Below are positions 47,099 to 59,871 of a DNA stretch of 64,000 nt, one piece after another. How positions within the stretch are numbered: the first letter of the stretch is position 1; every line of letters starts with the position of its first letter. Where the stretch lies: positions 30,194,001-30,258,000 of the forward strand of contig NC_083290.1 in assembly GCF_963506605.1 (NCBI RefSeq), written 5' to 3'. A program made the position numbers and the translations under genes. This DNA is from Zootoca vivipara. Taxonomy: Eukaryota. The notes beneath the pieces are model-generated. The model made no database searches. It was given only the letters and a program-made list of their open reading frames with translations, and was not told the origin of the DNA.

Positions 47099-47424
47099 TG
47101 GTGATCCTGAATTCTAGACTTTTAAAGGACAAAATCCTCCAGAAAAAGAAACAAGAGGAATTGATAATTGAGGGCAGGACAGTGGCCATTTTTAAAGAAA
47201 CGCCCAAAAGATTTGTTCTTAAGAGGGAAAAATATAAAAATTTAACAGAGGTCTTAATTAAGAAAGGCATATGGTTCTTCTGGGAATACCCCGAGGGTCT
47301 GACCTTCTTCTACAAAGAGAGGAGAAAAACGATTAAGACGAAAGACGACGCTGAGAAATTTTTGAGAAGATTGAAAAATGAACTAGGAGAAGAAGAAGAG
47401 GGGGAAGGAAGCACTGAGAGCTGA
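47099..47424 (+). pseudogene. L1 ORF1 C-terminal fragment
   Basis: KDKIL...GRTVAIFKE.P...REKY..L...L.KKGI.F.WEYPEGL resembles the L1 ORF1p CTD and lies directly upstream of ORF2. Confidence 0.75.
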
Positions 47425-47717
47425 AGGGGGGCGGGTGGAGAGGAAATGAAAATCTGAGTTAAATTAAAAATGTTCTTTTATGTATTATAAGGAGGGGGGG
47501 GGGGGGAAATAAAAGGGGTTATAGGCCTGAATCTAATTGTGCTAGATAGGGGACCGGGGTTTTTTGCTTCTATTCTCACTTTCTGTTTCCTTGGGGGAAA
47601 ACCTGCATAAATATTTGTCTAGGAACTGCTCTTGATTTAAGAAAAATCTTCTGCTTTTAGAAGTAGCCAGTAGAAAGCCAATCTTAAAATTGAAGTGTAT
47701 TGAATAAAGAATAAAGA

Positions 47718-50700
47718 ATGAGATTCAACTTGATTTCGTGGAACGTAAATGGTTTAAACAAGAAATGCAAAAGAAATAAAGTAGAATATCTATTGAAAAA
47801 AGGGGCCTGGGATATAATCTGTATACAAGAAACCCATATTTCAAAAAAACACGAAAGAATTTTAAATAATGGAAGACTAGGAAATGAATTTATTTCAGCT
47901 GATAAAAAGAAAAAAAGAGGGGTAGTGACATATGTGAATCCAAAATCTAAAGCAGAAAAAATATTTCAAGACAATGAAGGAAGAATAGTAGGAGTAAGAA
48001 TCAGATTAACTATTGGAGAAATCATAATAGTAAATATCTACGCCCCAAATGGTTGTAAGGTGGATTTTTTTAAACAAGTAGAGAAATTGATAGGAGAAAA
48101 TGTGAGAGAGGAGGAGATTATATTGGCAGGCGACCTGAATGGTATTATAAAACCAGATTTGGACAGAACGAATGTGAGTAGAAAAAAAGGTGGAAAGCTG
48201 CCGGCTAGCTTCCAACAATTGACCATAAATTATGATATGAAAGACATCTGGAGGGAATGGAACCCAACTGGGAGGAAGTTTACACATTATTCGGAGTCAA
48301 AAAAATCAGCAGCTAGAATAGACGCAATTTGGTCAACTAAAAATCTAATAAGAGGAATAATTGATTGTGATATATTACCAAAATCAATCTCCGACCATAA
48401 CCCAGTTATGATTAAATTAGAGGATCAAAGAGAGAAATCAAAAAGATGGAGATTAGATGAAAACATTTTAAGAGATGAGGCCTTTGTTGGAAAAATGAAA
48501 AGCACATTGAAAGAATTTTTTGAAATAAATGTTAGAGAAGAGACAAAATTAACATCAATTTGGGATGCCAGTAAAGCATTCCTAAGAGGCCTATATATAC
48601 AACAAAAAGGTAAGAAACAAAAAGAAAGGAGAGAAAGAATAGAGGAGATCAAAAAGAAAATTGAAGAAAAAGAAAAAGAGCTTGGGAGAAACCCGAAAGA
48701 TGGGAAATTGGTAAGTCAGATAAAGATACTTCAAAAAGAATTAGAAAATGTGGTAGATCAAGAATTGGAGAAAAAAATTAGTTGGTATAGACAAAAACAA
48801 TTTGAACAGGGAAATAAAATGGGGAAATTCTTATCATGGCAATTAAGGAAAAAACAAAATGAGAAAATCATAACAAAAGTAAGAGAAGAAGGAAAATGTT
48901 GGGCAAAGATTGATGAGATACAAAGATGTTTAATTGGGTATTATAAAAAATTATACAAAGGGGAAGCCGGAAAGGAGATGGAAATTAAAAATTATTTGGG
49001 GAAGTACAGGGGAGAAGTATTGAAAGAGGAGGAAATAAAATTGTTAAATGACCCGATTTCGAAACAAGAAATTACCTGGGCGATAAAAAAATTAAAATTA
49101 GGGAAATCGCCGGGAACAGACGGCCTGGGGAGTCAACACTATAAAATTCTAAAAGAGGAGTTAATGGATATTTATCATAAATTAGTGAATGAGGCATTAG
49201 AGAAGGGAAACATACCTCAGTCATGGCAAGAGGCCTATATAATCCTACTGCCAAAAGAAAAAGGGGAGGAGATATTGGTCTCGAATTTTAGACCAATATC
49301 ACTCCTAAATGTGGACTATAAAATATATGCGAATATATTGGCAGAGAGGTTAAAAAGAGTATTAAATAGAATAATTAATCAAAATCAACAAGGTTTCTTA
49401 CCAAAAAGGAAAATTGCAAATAACATCAGAATGCTTTTAAATATATTTGAATTCCTAGATTGGAACCCAGGAAAAAAAGCTGCTTTTGTATTTTTAGATG
49501 CTGAGAAGGCTTTTGATAGCCTCTCATGGGATTTTATGAAAAACATAATGACCAAAATTGGAATTAAGGGGAATTTTGCGAAAGGCATTAATGCTATATA
49601 TAAAAATCAAACGGCCAAATTAATTGTAAATGGAAGAATTTTGGAGGAGTTTGGAATCGGAAAAGGAACGAGGCAGGGCTGTCCGCTTTCGCCCTTACTG
49701 TTCATAATGTCTATTGATTGTTTATTAAATGAAATCAAAGATGAGGAAGAAATTAAAGGGATAAAGGTGAGAAAACACATAGTTAAAGTGAGGGCGTTCG
49801 CGGACGACATTATAGTAATGTTAGAAAATCCAGAAGAAACAATATTGAAATTAAAGAAAAAATTAGAAGATTTTGGGATTGTTTCAGGTTTTAAAGTAAA
49901 TGTGAAAAAAACAAAAATTATGACAAAAAATATAAGAAAAGAAGAGATAGGAAATTTGGAAAAACTGACAGGCTGGCAAGTAGTTAAAAAAGTGAAATAT
50001 TTAGGCATAGAAATGACCACGAATAATATAAACCTATTTGAGAATAATTATTCAAAAGTGTGGAAAGAGATAAAATTGGATTTGGAAAGGTGGAAAAATT
50101 TATTTCTAACAATCTCAGGCAGAATAGCAGCTATAAAAATGGTGGTGTTACCTAAGATCATGTTTCTATTCCAAACTCTTCCGATAGTGGGGAAAAAGTC
50201 GATATTCGAAGAATGGCGAAAAATTTTAAGCAAATTTATCTGGGCAGGGGGGAAACCCAGGATTCAGTACAAATTATTAACAGAAACAAAAGAAAGAGGT
50301 GGCTGGGGAGTTCCAGATTTAAGGTTGTACTATGTGGCAGCGGGTTTCTGCTGGATCAAAGAATGGCTAACCTTAGAGAATAAAGAATTGTTGGAGGTGG
50401 AAGGTTTTCGTAATATCAAAGGTTGGCATAATTACTTATTAATGGAACAAAAAGGAAACAATAGGGAATTCACAGACCACACAGTTAAAAAATCATTATT
50501 TCAGATTTGGCAAGAGTTTAAAAATTTAGTGGAGCCACAGAGTCCCTGGTGGGCATCCCCCGTGGAAATGTCAGTGATGAGACCTAGTTGGGGAGATGGG
50601 AAATGGCCGACATACAAGGACCTGGTAGTGATGGAGGGAAATAACCTAAATTTAAAACCTTATGAAGAAATAAAGAAGTATTGTTCAAGTTGGTTACAAT

Positions 50701-51469
50701 ATAACCAAATACAAAGTATATTTAATTTACATAAAGCAATCGGCTTCTCAGGTAAAGAGTCAAAACTACAAGAAATAATAATAAATAATGATAAAAAACC
50801 ATTAGGCAAAATGTATAAATTTTTATTAGATTGGGAACTAAAAGATGAATTGACTAAAAAAGTAATGATAACCTGGGCAATTGATATTGGAAGACCAATC
50901 CAAATTAGTCAGTGGGAAAAATTATGGAGAACAGATGTTAAATTTACTGCATGTATAACAATTAGAGAAAACATCCTAAAGATGTTTTATAGATGGTATA
51001 TAACCCCGGAAAAGATTGGGAAATTTTATAGATCGGGAGATGGTAAATGTTGGAAATGCCGGGAAAAGACAGGCTCCTTCTATCACTGCTGGTGGACATG
51101 CCCAAAGGTGGCAAAATTTTGGAATGAGGTTTATGAAAAATTAAAAAAAAAATGAAATTTACTTTTGAAAAGCAGCCCGAGCTATTCCTCTTAAGTATGG
51201 TCCCATTGGATTTCCCAAAGGATAGAATAAACATCTTATTATATGCTTGCGCGGCTGCAAGAATTCTAATAGCAGCAAAGTGGAAAGAAGAAAAGATCCC
51301 GACAATTCAAGATTGGCAAGAGAAATTAGTAGAGTATCTAAAATTGGCAAAACTAACGGCGATAATAAGAGAGATTCCTAGATGTAAAATAGTAGAAGAA
51401 TGGAAATATGTGCAAGAGTTTCTGGAAAAAGAGAATTTAGAAAATAGATTAGTAACGTGCATAAATTGA
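47718..51469 (+). CDS. L1 ORF2 (APE endonuclease, RT, CCHC) with one frameshift at the A10 run 51143-51152
   Basis: WNVNG, QETH, NIYAPN, GDLN, SDHNPV; RPISLLNVDYK, LDAEKAFD, GTRQGCPLSPLLF, FADD, KYLGI; CWKC..HCWWTC; continues in ORF 51152-51469. Confidence 0.95.
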
Positions 51470-52728
51470 AGCTATAAAAGGTGAGAAAGAATATTTAGAT
51501 AAATAGAATATTATAAAAAAACAGGGGAAATGAGAAACGGCAGTTAATAGGTTCAGAAGAAGGAAAGCGGGTAGTAATTAGTAGGAAGGCTAGCCATTAT
51601 TATTATGTTCTTTTCTTTGTATTGTTTTTTCTTTTCTTTTCTTTTTTTCTTTTTTCATTCTCTTTCCTCTCTTTCTTTCTTTGTTTAATCCGCAATCTAC
51701 CAGATCTTCTTATTTTTCCCCTTATCTCCGGTCTTTTTTCTCTTTAATTTTTGTTGTTGTTGTCATTTTTTGTGAAGCGTTATATTAAGTTGCATGAATG
51801 GAATGGATTATATATGATTTATGATTTATATGATTTATAAGAGTTATATGATTTATATGTATATAATTTTTTTTCTTTTTCTTTTTCTTCTTTTCTTTTT
51901 CCTTTTTTTGAAGAGTGAGTGGATTTAAGAATTATGATTTATCTGTCTTTTAATGATATATGTTCATTTTAAAGTTTCAATAAAGTATTTTTAAACCTTA
52001 AAAAAAAAAAAGTTCTATCATTTGCAGGAAGGGAATTTCTAACATTTGCAGGAAGGGAACAAAGGCTGGTAGTGGTGACAAAGAGACAAAGTTCTAGGTC
52101 TTATTGACAAATTAATAAACTGAGAATTCACCAGGCCTGGAGGGCATCCACTGCAAAGTTCTTAAAAGAACTCAACTATGAAATTGCTTGTGTTCCAGCA
52201 AAGATTTGCTACTTGTCTCTGAGATCGGCTTCTCTACCCGAGGACAGGAATTGGCCAATGCAAGACTAATTTTTAAAGAGAGATCTAAGAAATCACAGGG
52301 ATGTGATTAGAGCGACATTTAGGAGTATGTGAGACATCCATCTGGTCCCTTCTAGTTGCTGGAAACAAGACAAGTCTCTGGATCCTAGTTCCTACTTCTT
52401 GTGCCCTCCTCTTCCCTTGTGCTATTGCCCTTGGACAGTTCCTTGAGCTTGTTTCTGAACCATGTTTGGACCTAGACTGATTCTCTGTGCTTGACCTGGG
52501 CTTGGGGAGACCATACCACTGCTTGAGCTCTGCTCTCTTAGGTACGTTTGTTGTTAAAATAATTTACCCTCCTTGGACTGAGAACCTCACCCCTGCTGGA
52601 GCATGCATAGCTTGCTGAATATGTTGATCCAGTGTACAGCAACTGTGAAAAAGGCAAATGCCATACTAGGGATCATTAAGAAGGGAACCAAAAATAAAGC
52701 TGTCAACATCCTATGCAAATCCATTATG

Positions 52729-53072
52729 CCGTGTTTCTCCAAAAATAAGACACCTTCTTATATTTATTTTTCCTCAAAAAAACACATGGTGGCTTATTTT
52801 CAGGGGATGTCTTATTTTTTAATTACATGTCCAGCCATAGCTGCCAAGTTTTCCCTTTTCTCGCGAGGAAGCCTATTCAGCATAAGGGAAAATCCCTTAA
52901 AATAAGGGATAACTTGGCAGCTATGTGTCCAGCCTAGCCTCTTCCTTGGTGCCCTCCAGAATTGCGCCTATCACTATGTCTTATTTTTGGGGTATGGCTT
53001 ATATTGCACAAATGCTTTGAAATCCTGCTACAGCTTATTTTATGGGTATGTCTTATTTTCGGAGAAACAGGG
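52729..53072. mobile_element. Tc1/mariner-pogo-type MITE
   Basis: 24-bp TIR CCSTGTTTCTCCRAAAATAAGACA; flanks TG/TA. Confidence 0.8.
52836..52925 (-). mobile_element. 90-bp hAT MITE, copy 4
   Basis: Same TIRs, inverted body; TSD TGTCCAGC. Confidence 0.92.
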
Positions 53073-54044
53073 TAGAAATCTGCAACATAATTGCACTTCG
53101 AACACTGTGTACAGTTCTAGTCATCTCATCTCAAAAGGGATATTACAGAGTTCGAGAAGGTCCAGAGAAGGGCAACCAAAACGATCAAGGAAAGCTTACA
53201 GCATTTGGGACCTTTTGGCTTAGAGGGAAGCCAGGTAAGGGGGTGGATATGACAGATGTGTATACAATTATGGACACAGCTATATTAGTAAAACAAACAA
53301 ACCAATTTGAATGTACTACAAACATGCAACACCAGATGGTGCCAGAGAGGAGGAGTTTTTTATACATGATTTTCCATTGGTATTTTTTAGTTTGTTATGT
53401 CTAATTTCTGACTTATTTATAGTGGGTTCCCCCCCCCCCCGGCGTGTAGATCCACCCTATGTCTCATAGTACTAGAATTCAGAGCTGTCCAATAAAGCTA
53501 AAAGATTCTGGAGAGGAAATAACTTCTTAACAAGGCACATGCTTAAACTAGTATTGAATTTGAAATTTCAAGATGTAGGGATGCTTGGGTAGCTTTAAAA
53601 GATTAAGCGAATTTGTGGGGGAGGATAAGGCTATCAATAGCTCCTAGTCACAATGGCTATTTTCTCCCGCCACTCTCATAGGCCATATGCCTCTAAAGAC
53701 CCTATCTAGGAATCTCAAGTAGGGAGAGCGCTGCTGTTGCACTCGTGGCCTGCTTGTGGGCTTCCCACTGGAGCAGGTGGTTGGTCACTCTGAGAACAGG
53801 ATGCTAGCCTTGATGGGTTCCCCTTGGCCTGATCCAGCACCCAGGCTCCTCTTATATTCAGAGGGAGGCAATGTTTTTGTGAAGGCAGGGAAAGTGGTAA
53901 GGCCCCCCTCCACAGTTCCCAGTTTTTCCTGATGCCAAAATGAATGTATGACTCCAACAGCTGTCGGTCCGGCAAACCTCATACTGGACTCAGTTTGGCC
54001 ACAAGCACAGGTTCAAAAGTCTTTTGGTATAAAACATTCCTTGA

Positions 54045-54050
54045 TTTATT
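54045..54050 (-). terminator. TMPRSS4: Candidate TMPRSS4 polyadenylation signal
   Basis: AATAAA on the minus strand ~107 nt after the putative stop. Confidence 0.55.
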
Positions 54051-54156
54051 CCAAGCGGGGGGGGGGGGGGAAGGGGAGGAAGAGGGATTCGTACAGGGTG
54101 CAATAAATAGGAGGAGGAAGAGCTGCTGGGGTCAGACTACACTTGCACAGGCCTGG

Positions 54157-54204
54157 TCAGAGGAGGAACAGCCTCAAGGCCACGGGATGCCCAGGTGAGG
54201 GCTC
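54157..54204 (-). CDS. TMPRSS4: TMPRSS4 putative last coding exon (EPSPGHPVALRLFLL*)
   Basis: Strong polypyrimidine tract plus CAG acceptor, phase 0, stop, then AATAAA; peptide not recognisably conserved. Confidence 0.55.
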   Translation of the reverse strand, partial: EPSPGHPVALRLFLL

Positions 54205-54806
54205 CTGCCAGACAGAGAAAAAGATGGAAAGCTAGACAACGGGCTGTCCTTATCCTAGGTCTGGACCCAGCCTTTCTCTGCAATTGCTCCCTTTGTCAGC
54301 GTCAGGTCATGGGAAACAAACTGCTGGGTTGCAAGAGCTTCCCCAAGCTCTGCCAAGAAAGATAGCAGGAAATGGAAAGGCACAGAGTAGCTGGCAAAAT
54401 GGATCTCAGGTGGATTCCATCATCACCATCATTATCAGCAGCAGCAGCCATAAATTAACATCTTCCCCAGGGAGCCTTGTCCAACACCTTCTTGAGGGCC
54501 CCATCCTGTGGCTGTCCTCTTGCCTTTCCCATGTCCTCAGTGGAAGCTGTGGCAGGACTGGAAGGACGCCCTACACGCACGTTGCTCCAAGGGTGTGCAT
54601 GTGTGCAGGACAGTTGCGGCCAGTCTGTTCTCAGGACTCTGTCTGGATGAAGAAAACCACAGAGGAATTGCCTGGTGACCATCTGAGGCAAAGGCTCAGA
54701 TGAAGGATCCCATTCCCCTGGTGGTGGGCAGCCTAACTCTGCCCACCCACTGCCATCCTGCCAGGACAGAAAATGGGTCCTATCCCAGAGGAAAAGCAAC
54801 ACTGAC

Positions 54807-54956
54807 CCTGAGGATGGTGTAGATCCAGTTGAGGTAGGATTGCACATTGGTGTAGACGCCGGGGGTGCTCGGGCTTCCACAGCCATGGCCCCAGCTGACA
54901 ATGCCCACAATGTGCCACTGGCCCTGGTTGTGTACCAGTGGGCCTCCGCTGTCTCC
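54807..54956 (-). CDS. TMPRSS4: TMPRSS4 exon with the catalytic Ser
   Basis: GDSGGPLV...[30 protein letters not shown]; 150 nt. Confidence 0.96.
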
Positions 54957-55270
54957 CTGTGTGAGAAGGAAGACACAGGCTGCATAAATGTGCACAGAAC
55001 TCAGCTGAATCCCAAACAGAAACATTAGGGATCAGGAGCTCTGCATGTCTCGCCCTGCTCCTACCGTAGTTTGTCTCTCATAAAGGGCAACCAGCCATGC
55101 CTTGTCCTCTCTAACCTGCACCAGTCCCCTCTCCAAATGAAGCTCAGCTTCAGCGTCATCATTCTTAGAAAAAGGGAACTGGTGATTCCGTGCTCTGCCC
55201 TCCCTCCTGCTGGGACTGCTGAGTGGTGGAGGAGGAGAGTTGCGACCTTTGATCCTTCTGTGCCACTTAC

Positions 55271-55413
55271 CTGGCAGGTGTCAGCTCTACCCCGATCATG
55301 GCCTGCACAGAGCATCTTTTCGGTCACCTCCCCATGGTAGGCATCAGGTGCGTTGCAGATGCGGCTGTCAATCAACTCCACCTGTGCCTCCTGCAGGTTC
55401 TTGGATAGTGTAC
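55271..55413 (-). CDS. TMPRSS4: TMPRSS4 protease-domain exon
   Basis: LQEAQVELIDSRICNAPDAYHGEVTEKMLCAG...DTCQ (trypsin-type S1 Asp); 143 nt. Confidence 0.96.
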
Positions 55414-56363
55414 CTAGCAAAAAGCGTAGTGGGGATGGCTTCAAATTATGGGAGAGGTTGCAGTGGCCCAAACGAATTCCCACCCCATCTATATGTAGGG
55501 CTGAGGGGTTTGTTCCAAGCCAATTTCACACTTGGAGTGCTCATTCCAGTTGTTTGCTTTGCAGGTCCTTTTCCACCTGGCCTGGGAGGGCAGGGCTCTG
55601 ACTCCAGCTACAAAAGCTGAGGCTGCTGAAGAGACTCTTGGCCAGGTTTTGTTGGGGTTGTTTGCTATTGGTTTTTTGTATATTATAGATTTTGCTGCGA
55701 TTTATGTGGAAATTGTTCAGATTGGTTGTGTGTTTTTTAAGGTTTTATTTATTGCTTATGACTATTGCTATGTTGCAGCTATGTGTTTTTTTTTCATGTT
55801 GTAAGCCGCCTTGAGCATGGTTTGAAAGGTGGGATACAAATAACATCAGAAAGCTGCTTGATATCGAGTCAGACCACTGGTCCATCTTGCTCAGTATTGT
55901 CAACACTGACTGGCAGCAGCTCTCCTGGATTTCAAGCAGGGGAACATTCCCTCCCTACCAGAGATGCCACCAGGGATTGAACTTGGCACCTTCTGTATGC
56001 AAAGCAGATACTTTACCACTGAGCTATGGCCTGTCCCTAAGGCTGGCAGGCACTCTTTGCTCTTTCAATAAGAGAAGTTCATGGCTGCTCAAGCCAGACT
56101 TTTGTTTGGGTGTAGCTACCTGTACCCACTTGCCTGCTCTTGGTTGGTCTCTGTAGGCCCCTGGGCTCTGTCTGCTGTCCTCAGGAGCTGCACCTTGTGG
56201 GAACAGCTTGGGAGTTCAAAGGCACAGCAGGTAATCACCCCATCTAGAGTCTGGCATCCTTGTTTAGTCCTAAGCAGGCTGCAGCAGAGACCAGAATGCA
56301 GCTGGCCCAGCGCTTGCAGAGCAATGGTGGGGAAGAAGATGAACATGCCAAGGGAAAACTCAC

Positions 56364-56459
56364 CATCTTGCTTGGTGTATCCCCAGCCTGTCACCCACAA
56401 GGGGGTTCCTGGGGCCATTTCGTCATCAAAGAAAGGCAGGCAGATTGGCTTCACTGATC
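56364..56459 (-). CDS. TMPRSS4: TMPRSS4 protease-domain exon
   Basis: VKPICLPFFDDEMAPGTPLWVTGWGYTKQ; 96 nt. Confidence 0.96.
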
Positions 56460-57171
56460 CTGCAGCAGAAAGAGGGAAGGAAGGCAGTTGGGAAATGTCT
56501 TGCCAAATGCAAGGTGGTTCTTTTTATGAGATTCAGAAGCAATACAAACACAAGTGAGTGAGAAGATTAGATTTTATTCTAAACAGCAAGCATTATATGC
56601 ATTACCAAGCAAACACTTCGATCTGCCACTGGGAAGCCCCCAAGAAGTGCTGAAGTGACCCCCAGGTAGCCTCGGGTTGCACAAGCTTCTGAGAGCTATG
56701 CCCCCAAACAATTCAATTTATAGATAGCTAAATTGTTAGCCTACGTACCTTGCCCAACTAGCTAGTGGAGATTATTAATTAGCTAGCCCCCTCTTCCAAT
56801 ACTGCACATTCCTCCAAACAATGTCTAACAGCAAAGAAGGTCAGAAGGCACCCTGCATTATCACTTCTTCCTTCCACCAGATTATAAATTAAAGGCTGCT
56901 TTCAGCCATCAAAGAACTTTAACAAGAGATAAAGAAGGGAAGTAAACAGAGGCAGGAAGAGATGACCATGTCAGATCACTAAACTCCTTGAAATTACAAA
57001 TATCTTCTGGAAAAGGTTGCCCATACAGCACAGGCAAGCAGCAAGTCCAGCATCTCGGCTGTGAACTCCAACCCATTTCTGCAATGGGCTTGGTGTGTCA
57101 TGAGCTATGAGTCCCTGGTCCAGCTAGAGGTCCCTAACTCGCCCCAGCTGGCAGTCTGAGAAGACTCTCAC

Positions 57172-57338
57172 CTGAGAGGTTCAAGGGGTTTTGCAGCTTG
57201 ACCAGTGCAATGTCCTCATCTTTGGGGAACATATACTTGACGTCAATGACGAAGACCTTCTCCACAGGGACAGCGGTGGCACTTGAGAGGATTTCTGAGC
57301 CACCTTTCACTTGCCAGTACTTCGTCACCAGGTTGGTC
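57172..57338 (-). CDS. TMPRSS4: TMPRSS4 exon with the catalytic Asp
   Basis: WQVKGGSEIL...PKDEDIALVKLQNPL; 167 nt. Confidence 0.95.
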
Positions 57339-57748
57339 CTGAGAAAAAGAAAGAGGCTCACCTGTTTGCTCTTCCCCTTCAGTGGCAAGACATATGCATG
57401 CCGCAAAGGGGCCCAACTGGCCAGAAAAGTAGCCCAAATTGGCTCAACCTGCTTATGAGCCTCTATGCTGACAATGATTAGCCTGACTGCTCTCCAGTGT
57501 CTGCAGTCAAAGCTCCTGTTAAAGGCACAGGAGCATGAGCTAATAATAAAAAAAGATGGCAACCCTAGTCTTGAACCAGGCCTAGTGAAAGTGGGCCTGG
57601 TGGTGTTTCTGGTTCAAGTCTGCATGTAGGTCCTGCTTTGATATAGCAGAGGACTTCTGCTCCTCCCTGGGGCTGCCTTGCAGCCTCTGTTGTGTCTGGA
57701 TGCATTTCCCTCCAGGGTTGATGGGAATCATATCAATTCTTTCTAGGC

Positions 57749-58400
57749 CAGTGATGGCGAACCTATGACACGCATGTCAGATGTGACACGCAGAGCCCTC
57801 ACTACTGGCACGCGCCCCACCGGCCCATTCACGCTGTTGTTGTCCCCCCCCCTCGCATTTGTTCTCCTGCTCCTCCTCACACTACAGCTTGTCTCCGCTG
57901 TTAAAACCCGGATCTTTTTGTTGTTGTTGTTGCTGGTAGCCAGAGTTTTTAACCCTTTCTATGCTGTTTTTTCTGGCGCTTTGGCAGACTATGTTGGTGC
58001 TGCGTGTTAGTTCCAGCGAAGGTATTATTTGTCCTTTTTTCTGTTCTCTTCCCCCCCCCCAAAAGCGCAGCAGCTTTTGGGCATCCCCCCAAAAAAGCAA
58101 AGCAACTTTTGCATCCCCCAAAAACTTTGGTCAGCAGTTCCCCCCTAAAAGCTCAACAACTCTGGGCACTTTGTGATAAATATGGGTTTTTTGGTTAGGT
58201 TAGGTTAAATAATTAGTTTTTGGTTTAATTGTTATTAGTTATTGGTTATTAGTTATTAGTTATTGGTTTTAATAATAAATTTTTTCATTTCATTTAATTA
58301 AATTGTGGTGTTTTTTTCCTCGAAGTGACACACCACCCGAGTTATGCTCGGTTTTTTGGCGAATTTTGACACACCAAGCTCAAAAGGTTGCCTATCACTG
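57749..58400. mobile_element. Non-autonomous hAT (Charlie-group) element
   Basis: TIR CAGTGATGGCGAACCT / CAGTGATAGGCAACCT; perfect 8-bp TSD TTCTAGGC. Confidence 0.9.
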
Positions 58401-58432
58401 TTCTAGGCCCTAATCTGGCGCTCACTGACTCA

Positions 58433-58729
<297 letters not shown>

Positions 58730-59011
58730 TCAACTGCTAAGGATCCCTGCAGGCTCACAGAAAGCCCAGCACTGTCAGTTGTCTTTTTGAGAGACAGGTT
58801 AAAAAGATCTAAGGGTTCTGGGCTGAGTGCTAGTCTGTCCCCCACCCAACTGCCCAGGCTACAGAAATTAATCTGCTTAGGTTCTTCCTTCATGCATGAT
58901 ACAACACTTGGCAAAACAATTGAACCTTCTTGCCAGAAGACAGGATTTGGGCTCCTGACTCACTCAAGGGGGGTGGGGGCGGGACCTGCACCCTGAAAGA
59001 GCAAAGGGTGC

Positions 59012-59565
59012 TTTTTATTATTATTTATGAATTTTCCAAAAATACAATACAGTCAATCAAACAGTTCCAAAATATAGTCTCTTCTTGATCGACTTCCCTT
59101 CCACCCTTCCATGGTTTCCTCAAGTTATCAATTGCTGTTGCATATTATAATTATTCTAATCCTTCTTTCATCCATCTTATTCTCAAAGTAGCTTTTAGTG
59201 CTGAGCTGACTGCAAGCCAGCTAGCGTTTTAACGCATTTACAATATTTTTAAAATAATAATCTACAAAAGGTTTCCAATCCTCTTTAAAGGCTGTCTCAT
59301 CTTGTTCTCCAATTTTACTAGCTAAGCTTGCTAATGTAGCATACTCCATCAATTTCATCTGCCACTCCTCATTTGTAGGTGCTCATCATCATAGCTGTCA
59401 GGTTTCCCCTTTTCTCGCAAGGAAGCCTATTCAGCATAAGGGAATTTCCTTTAAAAAAAAGGGAGAACTTGGAAGCTATGTGCATCATCCTGCCAGTTTT
59501 GGGCGTATAGTACACTCACCGCAATAGTTGCATACAAAAATAAGTTTCTTTGGTTCTTGAAAGGG
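59012..59565 (-). mobile_element. Old L1 3' fragment interrupted by a MITE
   Basis: Remnant LFLYATIA...AQNW...PTNEEWQMKLMEYA..A matches the ORF2 C-termini of the other L1s. Confidence 0.75.
59390..59480 (-). mobile_element. 90-bp hAT MITE, copy 5, more diverged
   Basis: Degenerate TIRs; TSD CTCATCAT/TGCATCAT. Confidence 0.85.
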
Positions 59566-59830
59566 TAACAGGTTAAGCCACAAGGCAGGTGCTTGCTTGG
59601 AGGTGGAAGTTCACCACCAACATTCACACCAATCAAGTCACCAACAAGCATGTGCCCTGCCCTGCTGGGGTGAAATTTGCTCCAGCCCCAACTTGAATAG
59701 TGTCCTTATGGACCCAACCCCTGGCTCCCGGGCCTTCAGATGGGTTTGCTCTGTTGGCACCAGCCCAAGTCCAGGCAGGTCCATGTCACTGCTGCTCTGT
59801 AGTCATCACTATGAGCATGCATATACTCAC

Positions 59831-59871
59831 TTGAGCAGGAGAGAGATATGATGGAGCCAGAGGGGCATTGC
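59831..59871 (-). CDS. TMPRSS4: TMPRSS4 41-nt exon (end of SRCR domain)
   Basis: cag|G CAA TGC CCC TCT GGC TCC ATC ATA TCT CTC TCC TGC TCA A|gtgagt = QCPSGSIISLSCS; phases fit both neighbours. Confidence 0.9.

Larger units (their letters stand above)
47099..52009 (+). mobile_element. L1-clade LINE, 5'-truncated inside ORF1
   Basis: 17-bp TSD AAGTTCTATCATTTGCA (47082-47098 and 52010-52026), ORF1 tail, ~290-bp spacer, ORF2, T-rich 3' UTR, AATAAA and poly(A). Confidence 0.96.
52610..53270 (+). mobile_element. Degraded CR1 LINE fragment interrupted by nested MITEs
   Basis: Remnant QCTATVKKANAILGIIKKG motif typical of the CR1 ORF2 3' region, resuming after 53075. Confidence 0.65.
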
